From NCBI GenBank assembly GCA_020854115.1, contig JADZGC010000017.1, positions 1 through 61,574 of the forward strand: 61,574 nt of DNA, written 5' to 3'. This DNA is from a bacterium. Lineage in GTDB: Bacteria; Patescibacteriota; Saccharimonadia; CAILAD01; GCA-016700035. A program made the translations under genes and the position numbers. The notes beneath the pieces were generated by a model, which was given only the letters and a program-made list of their open reading frames with translations, did no database searches and was not told the DNA's origin. The stretch's first letter is position 1, and each line of letters starts with the position of its first letter. Positions 27,173 through 36,869 of this stretch are shown here, in pieces.

Positions 27173-28852
27173 ATGACTGATTCTGAAAAGATTTTTGATT
27201 CTGCCAGTGAATACCAAGTTACTGCCGAGCTCATCAGTCCAATTACCCTCTTGGCTGCCGCACTCCTAACTGTTGATTATCTGCGGGGCATGACGTTCTC
27301 TAACTCCCCGACAGTGGTGCTTGGCTTCGTCGGACTCCTGGTCATCATATCACTGCTTCTCTTCATACCGGCTCTAAAATTCGGTAAGCTGCACGCTAGG
27401 TACTTAATCCTCTATCATTTACTAATTGCGTTTGCTCTCATTTTTGTGGTGAGTACACAATCATATTATTTGCTGCTGTGGATTCTTCTAGCCTACATCA
27501 CGAGTAACTACTATGAAGTTTGGGGGCTTTCTATCAATCTTGCGGTCTTACTGATCATAATGATTGTAAGCGTGACATATCAGACGCATGAATTGTCACT
27601 CACTCATGTACTGGATATTACCCCTTCATATCTCATGGTGTTTGCTTTGAGTGCTTTGCTTGCCCGGATCGGTCTTGGCAATCGCAAGCAACGCGCCACA
27701 ATGAAACAAAAAATCACTCAAGCAAATTACGAGCACGAGCGACTCATTGCGCTCATTAACTCGGTCAGCGAGGCGGTGATCGCCATCAATCAAAAGGGCA
27801 AGATTACTCTTTTCAATGCGGCGGCGCTTGACCTGATCGATACGAACATGGAGCTCACGGGACAAATGATCAATAATGTGCTGCGCTTGAAAGACGAAAA
27901 AAACAACCCGATTGACCTATTAAAACTCGTACGAGACACGAAATACATCCAACACCGAACAGACCTGATCATGCCATACGGCGAAGAGGACCACATTGCC
28001 CTTGATGTCAATATCAGCCGCGTATCGATTACAGCGCCCCTCGCCAAGCAAGAAGGCTACATCTTACTGATGCGCGATATCACACACGAGAAATCACTAG
28101 ATGAAGAGCGTGAATTGTTTATTTCAGAAGTAAGTCACGAGCTACGCACCCCCATTACTATTGCTGAAGCCAATGTGTCTATGGCAGAGCTGTCAGCCAG
28201 CAAGCCAGGCATGGATCCTGCAAAACTCACAGAAGTTATTTCAAAGGCCCATAAACAAATATTGTTTTTAGCAGATATGGTCAATGACTTGTCGACACTA
28301 TCTCGTGCCCAAAGACCCGATGCTGAGATGGACGTAGCTACCTTCCCTATCCAAGAAATTATCGATGAGCTCATGAAGACGTACGTTGCGCAGGCGGAGA
28401 AAAAAGGCCTATATCTACATGCTGAGACCGACCAAAATCTTCCACAAGTAACAACATCGCGGCTATACGTAAAAGAAATCATGCAAAACTTCCTTACAAA
28501 TGCCATCAAGTACACTCGTGAGGGAGGAGCTACGATCATTGCGAAGCTGATTGATGACTACACGCTACAAATCGGCGTGCGAGATACCGGCATAGGCATC
28601 GCAAAGAGCGAAGTAAACAAGGTTTATGAAAAATTTTGGCGCTCGGAGGACCCCTATACACGTCAAACGAGCGGTACTGGCCTTGGTCTATTCATTACCG
28701 CTAAGCTCGCCAAGCGTATCGGCGCCCAGCTCCACCTCGATAGTGAGCTCAAAAAAGGTTCGACATTTTCGCTACTACTGCCAGTAGTTGCAGTTAAGGA
28801 CGTCGACGTGAAGAACCTTGTCAAAGAAGAAGTGCAGCACCTCTACGAATAG
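27173..28852 (+). CDS. Sensor histidine kinase (multi-TM N-terminus, PAS-like, HisKA, HATPase_c)
   Basis: Five to six N-terminal TM helices. H-box FISEVSHELRTPIT, N-box QNFLTNAIKYTREGG, G-boxes RDTGIGI and GTGLGLFI. Confidence 0.85.
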   Translation: MTDSEKIFDSASEYQVTAELISPITLLAAALLTVDYLRGMTFSNSPTVVLGFVGLLVIISLLLFIPALKFGKLHARYLILYHLLIAFALIFVVSTQSYYLLLWILLAYITSNYYEVWGLSINLAVLLIIMIVSVTYQTHELSLTHVLDITPSYLMVFALSALLARIGLGNRKQRATMKQKITQANYEHERLIALINSVSEAVIAINQKGKITLFNAAALDLIDTNMELTGQMINNVLRLKDEKNNPIDLLKLVRDTKYIQHRTDLIMPYGEEDHIALDVNISRVSITAPLAKQEGYILLMRDITHEKSLDEERELFISEVSHELRTPITIAEANVSMAELSASKPGMDPAKLTEVISKAHKQILFLADMVNDLSTLSRAQRPDAEMDVATFPIQEIIDELMKTYVAQAEKKGLYLHAETDQNLPQVTTSRLYVKEIMQNFLTNAIKYTREGGATIIAKLIDDYTLQIGVRDTGIGIAKSEVNKVYEKFWRSEDPYTRQTSGTGLGLFITAKLAKRIGAQLHLDSELKKGSTFSLLLPVVAVKDVDVKNLVKEEVQHLYE

Positions 28853-28904
28853 CTTCATTCACTACACAGTGCGCGGTAAGCAAAAAAAATTGCGGGCTAA
28901 TATA

Positions 28905-29627
28905 TTATTTGCTTGTGCTAGCTTCGCGCCGTGCCGCGCGCATCGCGAGCACTGTGCAGACTACGACACTCAAGAAGCCAACTACTTGCAGGAAGGAAAA
29001 TGTAGCCGACTGAAAATCTAGTGGCAAAAATGGCTGTAATGCAAAGACCATGCCCATTATTAAAAAAAACCACGCGAATGAACGTAATCGCCATCGCTGA
29101 GAAGTCTTTGTAGCGACCTTTGCCTGCGTAAAAAAATACATTCCCAGTAGGATCAGTGCAAGAAAATCAATCGCCGTCAATATCGCGTAGTATTGTGGAT
29201 ATGCAAAATCGAGCATATAACCCCCATCAGCCGTCCGAATGACCCGAGTATTATATGGTATGTTTACCCAATATGATGCTGCAACGCAGACGCCAGTGTA
29301 GAGGGCTAAGCCTATCTTGGCTAACGATTGTACTGCCTGGTGGCTTGCGAGAAAAATACGGACAGCAATAAGCCAGATAATAAATAGAGTGAGATATTGT
29401 AGTGTGTCACCGATAAAGATCCCCCAACTTAATAGCAATGCATCGCTGATAAACGTTGTCGGTATCATAAATGCCATCAAAGCCAATAGCATCGTGAAAC
29501 TTGCCACAGTCAGATACGTACCAATCTGATTTGTGCTGGACCGCATGGAGCGTAGCCCCCGAACAAAAAGATACAATATAACTGGCAGACCAATGTACCA
29601 GTGGATAACATTAAGCGGAATGCGCAT
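28905..29627 (-). CDS. Hypothetical polytopic membrane protein (~7 TM)
   Basis: The track ORF (start TTG 29717) would run through tRNA-Thr, so I use ATG 29627 (MRIPLNVIHWYIGLPVILY...). Strongly hydrophobic throughout. No family recognised. Confidence 0.5.
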   Translation of the reverse strand: MRIPLNVIHWYIGLPVILYLFVRGLRSMRSSTNQIGTYLTVASFTMLLALMAFMIPTTFISDALLLSWGIFIGDTLQYLTLFIIWLIAVRIFLASHQAVQSLAKIGLALYTGVCVAASYWVNIPYNTRVIRTADGGYMLDFAYPQYYAILTAIDFLALILLGMYFFTQAKVATKTSQRWRLRSFAWFFLIMGMVFALQPFLPLDFQSATFSFLQVVGFLSVVVCTVLAMRAARREASTSK

Positions 29628-29687
29628 ATACTTTATACTACCACTTACGCAACAAAAAAGCCCATTCTTATTGCACAGACTAATGTA

Positions 29688-29763
29688 TGGAGCCCGCGAG
29701 AGGAATCGAACCCCCAACCTACGGTTTACAAAACCGTTGCTCTGCCAATTGAGCTACGCGGGC
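29688..29763 (-). tRNA. tRNA-Thr (anticodon UGU), CCA encoded
   Basis: The reverse complement folds as acceptor GCCCGCG/CGCGGGC, D arm GCTC-AATTGGCA-GAGC, anticodon arm ACGGT-TTTGTAA-ACCGT, T arm GGGGG-TTCGATT-CCTCT (two G-U pairs), then T-CCA. Confidence 0.88.
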
Positions 29764-29767
29764 TTAC

Positions 29768-29980
29768 TTATGAGAACAGTGCTGTTACTAAAACATCAAA
29801 TCGCGGCTGGACAATCAATAGAATACCAACGACTACCGCCAAAAGTCCAGGGACCCACGCCACTAAACTCGTGTAACCAACAGCCCCAGGAACAATCGCT
29901 AGCAGAGCGATATCAATCAATAACAACACACATCCAAAAGAATGTATTGCACGATTGCATTTTGTTTTCAGTACCTTCAT
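29768..29980 (-). CDS. Possible small two-TM membrane protein (70 aa) between tRNA genes
   Basis: ATG ORF with two clear hydrophobic helices (FGCVLLLIDIALLAIVPGAV, LVAWVPGLLAVVVGILLIV). Weak RBS. It ends 5 nt from the tRNA-Thr 5' end. Confidence 0.3.
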   Translation of the reverse strand: MKVLKTKCNRAIHSFGCVLLLIDIALLAIVPGAVGYTSLVAWVPGLLAVVVGILLIVQPRFDVLVTALFS

Positions 29981-30026
29981 CTATTTCATGACTCTGCAGT
30001 TGGGCTTCAACCAACGGGTTAAATAC

Positions 30027-30113
30027 TGGTGCAGGGGGAGGGATTCGAACCCCCGAAGGCATGAAGCCGACAGATTTACAGTCTGTTGCGTTTGACCGCT
30101 TCGCTACCCCTGC
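30027..30113 (-). tRNA. tRNA-Tyr (anticodon GUA), long variable arm, CCA encoded
   Basis: The reverse complement folds as acceptor GCAGGGG/CCCCTGC, anticodon arm ACAGA-CTGTAAA-TCTGT, long variable arm CGGCTTCATGCCTTC, T arm GGGGG-TTCGAAT-CCCTC, then A-CCA. Confidence 0.9.
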
Positions 30114-30135
30114 ATGATGGCTGTACTATTTCTCA

Positions 30136-30210
<75 letters not shown>

Positions 30211-30270
30211 ATCATTACAGAGTAAATATGATATACTCATGTCAAACTACACCAGGAAAGCTTACCATTT

Positions 30271-30912
30271 TTAACTATTTTTTTCAATCAATAATTGCTG
30301 CCATTGACTCGCCCTCTCGGAATCCTGATGGGCACGATACCATTGTATGACTGACTGAACAACAGGCTGATTCGTTCGATCAAACTCGTGCGCCGCAAGG
30401 AGTGCTTCAAGTTGTTTTTGAGGCTGATGTGCGAGAGCGTGCATTTTTGAGAGGGACATATATCGCACCAGAGACGGTTCGAGCTCTATTGCTTGCTCCA
30501 TGGCTTGTATCGCCCGCTCCGACTGTTTGGCGTGATAGAGAATCGTACTGTAGTTATGCAGATCTGCAGCGGTGGTTTCGCGTCGCATTACAAGCTCCAA
30601 GCACTCCTGCGCATCGGCATAATTGTGCAAATACGAATATACCAGCGCAAGCCGGCGGTATGCGGTGAGATTCTTATGATCAAGCTTGAGAACCCTCAAG
30701 AACGCTTTCTCGGCAGAAGTCCATTTGCGCTCACTGTAGTATCGCTCAGCAGTATCGATAAGGCGCTGCAATTCTGACTCATGTGTTACGGCTGAATTAT
30801 CCGCGCCAGAGTTAAGGAAGTGAGCCAGTTGATTATAGGTACTGCGCGACAAATGCCAGGTAATACCGGCCAATATCCCAAAGACCAGCACTGGCCAGAC
30901 TATACCCATCAT
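30271..30912 (-). CDS. N-terminally anchored TPR-repeat protein
   Basis: TM (IVWPVLVFGILAGITW) then TPR-like repeats (AEKAFLRVLKLDHKNLTAYRRLALVYSYLHNYADAQECLELV...). Confidence 0.65.
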   Translation of the reverse strand: MMGIVWPVLVFGILAGITWHLSRSTYNQLAHFLNSGADNSAVTHESELQRLIDTAERYYSERKWTSAEKAFLRVLKLDHKNLTAYRRLALVYSYLHNYADAQECLELVMRRETTAADLHNYSTILYHAKQSERAIQAMEQAIELEPSLVRYMSLSKMHALAHQPQKQLEALLAAHEFDRTNQPVVQSVIQWYRAHQDSERASQWQQLLIEKNS

Positions 30913-31541
30913 GACTCAATCCCCTGTGCAGCCCATGCTTCAAGAAGAAGTCGATAATTTGGTACGTTTTGAGCGTAAGCACCATATTCAGATAACCAAG
31001 CGAGATCAGTTAGTTTAGCATTGCGGTGCAAATCGTTTAACAGATTATAATATTCAACATCCAGCGTCTTAGACTCATGATATGAGCTAATTAGAGCTAA
31101 CTTGGCAGCAACCAACGATGCGTTCGCTAATTCGGACGGCGAGTGCTCAGAATTACCAGGTGTTGCTGCTACAATTGCCGTGCGTGATCGTATCGTAGGA
31201 AGCAGTCGTGCCGCAGAATGAGCGGTTAGAAGAAAGGATGTCCTCTCTGGAGGCTCCTCCAAGAGTTTTAGAAGTGCATTCGCCGCCTCTTGGTTCATAT
31301 TGTCGGCGTCGTAAATCACAACCCAGCGATGCTGGCTGGCACTACTAGCAGTCAGCGACAGCTCCTGGACGATATCGATAATTTGCTTGCGCAATATCTT
31401 GTTTTTTTCGGGTCGAACAACCAGTACTTCTGGACGATCTAGCACTACGTCTTTGGAGCATTGTAATGCATGAGCTATCTCAGAGATCACAATATCTTCA
31501 CAATCCGCTTGATTTGTGCCAGTCACTGTCTTTGCATGCAT
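30909..31541 (-). CDS. holB: DNA polymerase III delta'-like (HolB-like), short form
   Basis: RWVVIYDADNMNQEAANALLKLLEEPPERTSFLLTAHSAARLLPTIRSR is the delta'/clamp-loader sensor region. I place the start at ATG 31541 to avoid overlap with rluD. No Walker-A segment is visible. Confidence 0.6.
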   Translation of the reverse strand: MHAKTVTGTNQADCEDIVISEIAHALQCSKDVVLDRPEVLVVRPEKNKILRKQIIDIVQELSLTASSASQHRWVVIYDADNMNQEAANALLKLLEEPPERTSFLLTAHSAARLLPTIRSRTAIVAATPGNSEHSPSELANASLVAAKLALISSYHESKTLDVEYYNLLNDLHRNAKLTDLAWLSEYGAYAQNVPNYRLLLEAWAAQGIES

Positions 31542-31545
31542 GGCT

Positions 31546-32436
31546 CTATTGTACCGGGATTTTACAGTCAAATTCATCCAGGGTGCGCAGGAAAATATCA
31601 TCTGGCTCTGCAATAAATGTTTTCTTCACGCCACTCGGCAACGGAAGTTGTAAGGAATGAGCGTGAAGCATGAGACGATGCCCGGTTGGAGAACGATCCC
31701 CGTACAGCGGATCACCCACTATAGGGTGCTTAATGGCGGCGAGATGTACGCGTATTTGATGGGTGCGCCCGGTCGTCGGGCGAGCAGCGATAAGTGTTGC
31801 TGCACTGCCCCGAGATAGCCCCTGTATGTATGTTTGAGCCTGCTTGCCAAGCGGATCAACCTCCATCCGGGTAGCATTCTTAGTCGAGCGCGATAAACTA
31901 AAAGTGATTCTCTGCACCCCGTAGCCAACTTCGCCCCAGACCAATGCCCAATATTCTTTTTCGACTACACGTGCCCTGAAGGCAGCTTGCAATGCCCTCT
32001 TGGCGGCTTCGTGTTTTGCAATAATCATTACGCCGGAAGTATCCCTATCAAGTCGGTGCACGATCCCCGGGCGCACAATATCTTGATCGTGCACGCGACC
32101 AAGCAAGCTTCCCGAAACGCTAGCTTCGCGCGAGCCAGGCTTCGGGTGCGAAATTAGGCCAGCTGGCTTATTGATAACAATCACATCTTCATCTTCGTAA
32201 AGTATGGGGATGTCATCGGCAGCAAGCTGCTTGATCTCAACTTTTGGCGGCTCGCCGACTATCTGAATATTATCTGCCTGCCGTATGATGTGGTTCGCTT
32301 TAACGGCCCGACCATCTATCCGCACCCCTCCAGACTTGATGTGTTTTTGCCAGGCACTACGTGTAGCGTCTGGGCGCATCTGAGCTAGAAAAGTGTCGAG
32401 TCGCAAGCCCACGTGCGACTCATCCGGTAAAAGCAT
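31546..32436 (-). CDS. rluD: 23S rRNA pseudouridine synthase, RluA/RluD family
   Basis: N-terminal S4-like region (GLRLDTFLAQ...GGVRIDGRAVK) and catalytic GIVHRLDRDTSGVMIIAK, plus HQIRVHLA. Confidence 0.85.
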   Translation of the reverse strand: MLLPDESHVGLRLDTFLAQMRPDATRSAWQKHIKSGGVRIDGRAVKANHIIRQADNIQIVGEPPKVEIKQLAADDIPILYEDEDVIVINKPAGLISHPKPGSREASVSGSLLGRVHDQDIVRPGIVHRLDRDTSGVMIIAKHEAAKRALQAAFRARVVEKEYWALVWGEVGYGVQRITFSLSRSTKNATRMEVDPLGKQAQTYIQGLSRGSAATLIAARPTTGRTHQIRVHLAAIKHPIVGDPLYGDRSPTGHRLMLHAHSLQLPLPSGVKKTFIAEPDDIFLRTLDEFDCKIPVQ

Positions 32437-32466
32437 ATCTATCCCCCATTTTATTTCTTACTATCC

Positions 32467-33447
32467 TCACACCAGCTCATGAACTTGTTTGAGCTGAGCT
32501 TGGGTACCCATCACGATAAGCCGATCGCCGGCATACATCGTTTCGTTGCCCGACGGATTCACCTTACTCATGCCATCTGCTGCATTGAGAGCAAGTATTG
32601 TTGCACCGACCCGCTCATGATAGAGGTCATTGAGTGTCTTGCCAGCAAGATGGCTCCGCTGCGGGATATGAATTTCCTCTACATGCAGCTGACTATTATC
32701 ATTGGTCGACAGCACTTCAAGGAAATCCACTGCATTGGGGCGAGTCAGCATTGTCGCCATATGATACGCACCGATCTGATACGGAAGCGCTGTTCGATCC
32801 GCTCCTGCTCGCTCCATACGTTGTCGATTTTCATCGCGATTGACTCGTGCCACGATAAATACATCAGAATTGAGCTGCCGACAGGCTAGGGTCACGAACA
32901 AATTTGCGCTATCATCGCCGAGTGTAGCGACAACTCCCTTAGCACGCTCGATACCAACTGCCTTCAGCACATCTTCATCGGTAGAGTCGCCCAATAGTGC
33001 AGTGTGGCCTTCAGCAATCGCACGCTTCACCTTATCCTCATCTTTATCGAGAGCGACATAGGTCGCACCCTCATCTCGGAGTTCCTCAACTACTTGCGAG
33101 CCTACTCGACCGAGGCCACAAACAATATAGTGCTGTTTCATTTTTGCAACTTTGCTACGCATTTGATGTCGTTTTAAACCGTCTCCTAACCCTACTATAT
33201 AGTCTGCTAAAACCTTAAGCAAATACGCCACAACTACGATTGAAGACAGCACCAGGAATACGACAAGCGCTCGGCTGGCGGGATCTTTGAAGCCATAGTG
33301 ATCAAAGTGACTCAAGAGGATCATGATGGTTTCATAAAAAGCCTCGCTAGGCTCAATGCGTGCTGTCTCACTAAAACCAACCGTCCCAATGACAATTAAT
33401 AGGATTGTCAGGATGCCAATATTTCGCAATAGTTTCTTGTCTACCAT
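32467..33447 (-). CDS. RCK/TrkA-domain channel-like membrane protein
   Basis: Two to three N-terminal TM helices, then a Rossmann motif HYIVCGLGRVGSQVVEEL (TrkA-N) and a TrkA-C-like end. The pore region reads SHFDHYGF rather than the canonical T-x-G-Y-G. Confidence 0.65.
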   Translation of the reverse strand: MVDKKLLRNIGILTILLIVIGTVGFSETARIEPSEAFYETIMILLSHFDHYGFKDPASRALVVFLVLSSIVVVAYLLKVLADYIVGLGDGLKRHQMRSKVAKMKQHYIVCGLGRVGSQVVEELRDEGATYVALDKDEDKVKRAIAEGHTALLGDSTDEDVLKAVGIERAKGVVATLGDDSANLFVTLACRQLNSDVFIVARVNRDENRQRMERAGADRTALPYQIGAYHMATMLTRPNAVDFLEVLSTNDNSQLHVEEIHIPQRSHLAGKTLNDLYHERVGATILALNAADGMSKVNPSGNETMYAGDRLIVMGTQAQLKQVHELV

Positions 33448-33493
33448 AAGCGCTTACGAGTCATTATACCTGGTTCGTCACTGCGCTGCGAAC

Positions 33494-33521
33494 AAAAAAG
33501 TCTCGATTAAGAGACTTTTTT
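33494..33521. terminator. Bidirectional intrinsic terminator after rpsI
   Basis: AAAAAAGTCTC-GATTAA-GAGACTTTTTT: 6-bp GC-containing stem extended by flanking A and T runs. Confidence 0.75.
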
Positions 33522-33542
33522 GAAAGATGTTCTGCGTAATAT

Positions 33543-33944
33543 TTAACGCTTTGAGAACTGAGGAGCTTTGCGAGCCTTCTTGAGCCCGTACTTTTTGCGT
33601 TCTTTTTCGCGTGGGTCACGAGTTAGATGACCAGCCTTCTTCAAGCTTAGTCGAAAATCATCACTCATCTCTACGAGAGCGCGAGCAATGCCGAGACGGA
33701 TCGCATCAACTTGACCACGTTTACCCCCACCTTCAACTCGCACAATTGCATCGAGCTGACCCTGCTTACTGACTTGCTCGAGTGGTGCGGTCATAAGCTT
33801 AATGAGCGTATCGTTGTTGAAGTATTCGCCTGCAGGAATCGTATTGACTGTAATAGCGCCCTTCCCATTCATCAATCGCACGGTTGCTACAGCTTCTTTG
33901 CGACGACCTACAGCGTAGTAATATTGTTTTTTTGATTCTGCCAT
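33543..33944 (-). CDS. rpsI: 30S ribosomal protein S9
   Basis: YYAVGRRKEAVATVRL...KKARKAPQFSKR. I prefer ATG 33944 (MAESKK, GAAGGTGA upstream) to the track's 33962, which overlaps rplM. Confidence 0.9.
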   Translation of the reverse strand: MAESKKQYYYAVGRRKEAVATVRLMNGKGAITVNTIPAGEYFNNDTLIKLMTAPLEQVSKQGQLDAIVRVEGGGKRGQVDAIRLGIARALVEMSDDFRLSLKKAGHLTRDPREKERKKYGLKKARKAPQFSKR

Positions 33945-33946
33945 AA

Positions 33947-34399
33947 TTACTTCACCTTCCATTCTTTAGGCTGCTGTGCGGTGTGCGGGTGATCTGGGCC
34001 AGCGTGTACGTGCAGTCTACCAAGCATATGTTTTGCAAGCTTGTTCTTGGGGAGCATCCCCTTAACGGCTAACTCAATCACGCGCTCTGGGTGCTTCTCG
34101 AGCTGGTCGGCCAAAGATATTTCCTTGATACCGCCAGGGTAACCGCTGTGGCGGTAGTATTTCTTATCAGTTAGCTTATTGCCCGTAACGGCAACTTTTT
34201 CGGCATTAATAACGATGACACAGCCGCCAACAAGTGCATGTGGGCTATATTGTGGCTTGTCCTTGCCCATGAGCTTCATTGCAATTTGAGTAGCCAGACG
34301 ACCAAGTACTACATCGGTAGCATCGACAATATACCATTCAGGCTTAAACTCGAGCGGTTTCGGAGCAAACGAGCGATTATCTTTAGTGATGAGGCTCAT
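33947..34399 (-). CDS. rplM: 50S ribosomal protein L13
   Basis: WYIVDATDVVLGRLATQIA and YYRHSGYPGG. Confidence 0.95.
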   Translation of the reverse strand: MSLITKDNRSFAPKPLEFKPEWYIVDATDVVLGRLATQIAMKLMGKDKPQYSPHALVGGCVIVINAEKVAVTGNKLTDKKYYRHSGYPGGIKEISLADQLEKHPERVIELAVKGMLPKNKLAKHMLGRLHVHAGPDHPHTAQQPKEWKVK

Positions 34400-34857
34400 T
34401 TTTTTGTCTCCTTTACTGGCTTTTTGTCATTCTTTTTGTCCGATTTTACAGCTTCTGCTTTTTGAGCTTGAATTTTTTTAATCTTTTCTTCAAAATCATC
34501 ATCCAAAACAAGGCTAACTTTTGTCATTGCTGCAGCATCCCCTCGCCGATAGCCAGTGGCAATAAGTCGCGTATAGCCCGAGGGGCGACTCTCGAAGCCG
34601 TGTACGAGCTCTTGAATAAGCTTATCAGCAGCCGTCTTTGAGCCAAGATCGGCATGTATACGACGAATATTGTGAAGGCCGCCTTTTTTAGCGCGCGTAA
34701 CGAGACGGTCAAATACTGGCTTGATAGCTTTTGCTTTCGCCTCAGTTGTCTCAATTGATTCATATAGAACCAATGATTCTAGCAAGCCCTTCACCACAGC
34801 CGAACGAGGGCCGTTTTTACGGGAGAGCTTGGATGTGGTGTGATAGTGAGCGTGCAT
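34396..34857 (-). CDS. rplQ: 50S ribosomal protein L17 (Lys-rich C-terminal extension)
   Basis: RKNGPRSAVVKGLLESLVLYESIETTEAKAK...GYTRLI...RRGDAA. 4-nt overlap with rplM. Confidence 0.9.
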   Translation of the reverse strand: MHAHYHTTSKLSRKNGPRSAVVKGLLESLVLYESIETTEAKAKAIKPVFDRLVTRAKKGGLHNIRRIHADLGSKTAADKLIQELVHGFESRPSGYTRLIATGYRRGDAAAMTKVSLVLDDDFEEKIKKIQAQKAEAVKSDKKNDKKPVKETKK

Positions 34858-34875
34858 AATACTTCCTTACGCTGA

Positions 34876-35817
34876 TTATTCAGCAAGTGAAATCCCCATT
34901 TCTTCGAGTTTTTCAAGCACCTCTTCAAACGCTTTTTGACCAAAGCCCTTAAGTGACTTCAAGTCACTCTTAGTGAGTTGTGTGAGGTCACCGACAGTGA
35001 GAATGTCATTGTTGATAAGAGCATTAGTTGTGCGCTGACTCATTGAGAGCTCTTCGACTGCGATTTGGCCATGCTCTGCTTCTGCTTTTGCTTCTGCGGT
35101 CATAATGCCATCAATGCCGACAGATACAACATCCATGCCAGCAAGTACTTGGAAGTGCCCCACAAGGATCTGGGCTGCCTGCTGCATAGCTTGAGCTGGT
35201 GTTACGCTTCCGTCTGTCTCGACTTCCATGACTAGGCTATCCAGGTTCGTCATTTGACCAACGCGAGTGTTCTCAATGTCAAAACGTACGCGCTTGATTG
35301 GAGTATAGATTGCGTCTACGGCAATGTAGCCAATGGGCAATTTTTCTGAACCACGGGTTTCTACTGGACTATAACCACGACCTTGCTCGATGCGCAATTC
35401 GATCTCGAGCTTACCCTTTGCGTCATCGATATAGCAGAGCTCGAGGTCCTTGTTCACGATTTGCACGGCTTCGGTTTCTTTGATGTTGGCAGCAGTAACG
35501 GTACCCTTACCTGATTTGGTGAGAGTTATGAATGTGGGCTCATCACCATGATATGCAACCTTGAGCCGCTTGATATTGAGGATAAGTGTAATAACATCCT
35601 CGCGAATCCCTTTGATAGTTGTAAACTCGTGGTCTACACCGTCAATCTTAACTGCAGTAACGGCAGCACCCGCCAAGCTCGAGAGCAAGACACGACGCAT
35701 CGAGTTGCCGATAGTCATACCATAGCCTGGATACAGAGGTTCTACAGTGAAACGGCTCGTCAGTTCTGAGAGCTGTTCCTCTTTCATTTCTGGTAGGTTT
35801 ATGTTGTAAAGCGCCAT
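34876..35817 (-). CDS. rpoA: DNA-directed RNA polymerase alpha subunit
   Basis: FTVEPLYPGYGMTIGNSMRRVLLSSL in the NTD and ELSMSQRTTNALINNDILTVGDL in the CTD. Confidence 0.95.
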   Translation of the reverse strand: MALYNINLPEMKEEQLSELTSRFTVEPLYPGYGMTIGNSMRRVLLSSLAGAAVTAVKIDGVDHEFTTIKGIREDVITLILNIKRLKVAYHGDEPTFITLTKSGKGTVTAANIKETEAVQIVNKDLELCYIDDAKGKLEIELRIEQGRGYSPVETRGSEKLPIGYIAVDAIYTPIKRVRFDIENTRVGQMTNLDSLVMEVETDGSVTPAQAMQQAAQILVGHFQVLAGMDVVSVGIDGIMTAEAKAEAEHGQIAVEELSMSQRTTNALINNDILTVGDLTQLTKSDLKSLKGFGQKAFEEVLEKLEEMGISLAE

Positions 35818-35839
35818 GATAACTCCTATTTGGTTAGTT

Positions 35840-36451
35840 TTATCGCGAGTAATACTCGATAATTAGTTGTTCTTCAATAAAGTTGTCACTGTCGTCGCGG
35901 AGTGGCAGGCTTGTGACGGTGCCTGTCAGCTTCTTTGGATCAAGCTTCAGCCAGCTTGGCATTTCTTGATTCTTCAACTCCTCTGTGCGGGCTACGAAGT
36001 AAGCATTCTTTTGGCTTGATTCTTTCACGGTAATTTCATCTCCCGGCTTAACTGCTGCAGAAGGTATGTTTATTTTTTTGCCATTCAGGCGAATATGCGC
36101 GTGGCTCACTAGCTGACGAGCGGCTTGTCTTGAGGGCGCAAAGCCAAGTCGATAGACGACGTTATCGAGGCGCAATTCCAGCAGGCGCAGAAGGTTTTCA
36201 CCCGCAATACCCTCTCGTCGAATCGCCTCAGAAACATAGCGACTGAATTGCTTTTCCATAACGCCATACAGACGTTTTACCTTTTGCTTTTCTCGCAACT
36301 GAACCGCGAAGTCTGATGGCTTAGGGCGACGTGCCTGTCCGTGCTGACCTGGAGCAAAATTACGACGAGTAAGCGCTTTTACAGCCTTAGGATGAAGCTG
36401 TACGCCTTCGCGACGAGCTAGTTTCGCTATTGGGGTAAGATTACGAGCCAT
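35840..36451 (-). CDS. rpsD: 30S ribosomal protein S4
   Basis: MARNLTPIAKLARREG...EKQKVKRLYGVMEKQF and S4 domain RLDNVVYRLGFA. Confidence 0.95.
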   Translation of the reverse strand: MARNLTPIAKLARREGVQLHPKAVKALTRRNFAPGQHGQARRPKPSDFAVQLREKQKVKRLYGVMEKQFSRYVSEAIRREGIAGENLLRLLELRLDNVVYRLGFAPSRQAARQLVSHAHIRLNGKKINIPSAAVKPGDEITVKESSQKNAYFVARTEELKNQEMPSWLKLDPKKLTGTVTSLPLRDDSDNFIEEQLIIEYYSR

Positions 36452-36453
36452 GA

Positions 36454-36852
36454 CTAGTTCCTCTTTGCCTTTCGTGGACGACAGCCATTGTGCGGTACGC
36501 CTGTGATGTCCTTGATACTTGATACAGCTATACTAGTATTCTGAAGCGCACGAACAGCACTCTCTCGACCAGAACCAATCCCTTGAACTACCACTTCTAC
36601 TTGCACCAAACCAAAGTCCTTGGCCTTTTCGAGCGCTTTTTCTGTAGCGATCTGAGCGGCATATGGAGTACTCTTGCGTGAACCCTTGAACCCAGCCGAA
36701 CCCGACGATGCCCAGGCAACGACATTCCCAGCTTCGTCGGTAATACTTATCATAGTGTTATTAAACGTAGCCTGAATATGCACAACGCCCTTGGCGATAT
36801 TGCGCTTTTGCTTCTTACGACGAGTTTTTGATTTGGTTGCTTGTGCCATCAT
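36454..36852 (-). CDS. rpsK: 30S ribosomal protein S11
   Basis: [30 protein letters not shown]...TPYAAQ. Confidence 0.95.
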   Translation of the reverse strand: MMAQATKSKTRRKKQKRNIAKGVVHIQATFNNTMISITDEAGNVVAWASSGSAGFKGSRKSTPYAAQIATEKALEKAKDFGLVQVEVVVQGIGSGRESAVRALQNTSIAVSSIKDITGVPHNGCRPRKAKRN

Positions 36853-36869
36853 GTATCCTTAAAACTTAC

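Noticed and set aside
29628-29717. Extended start (TTG 29717) of the polytopic membrane protein
   Set aside because: It would read through 30 nt of the tRNA-Thr(UGU) gene. ATG 29627 gives a sensible hydrophobic N-terminus.
29764-30026. A degenerate tRNA-Gly between tRNA-Tyr and tRNA-Thr
   Set aside because: No GGTTCGA-like T-arm or matching acceptor stems could be found on either strand in this interval.
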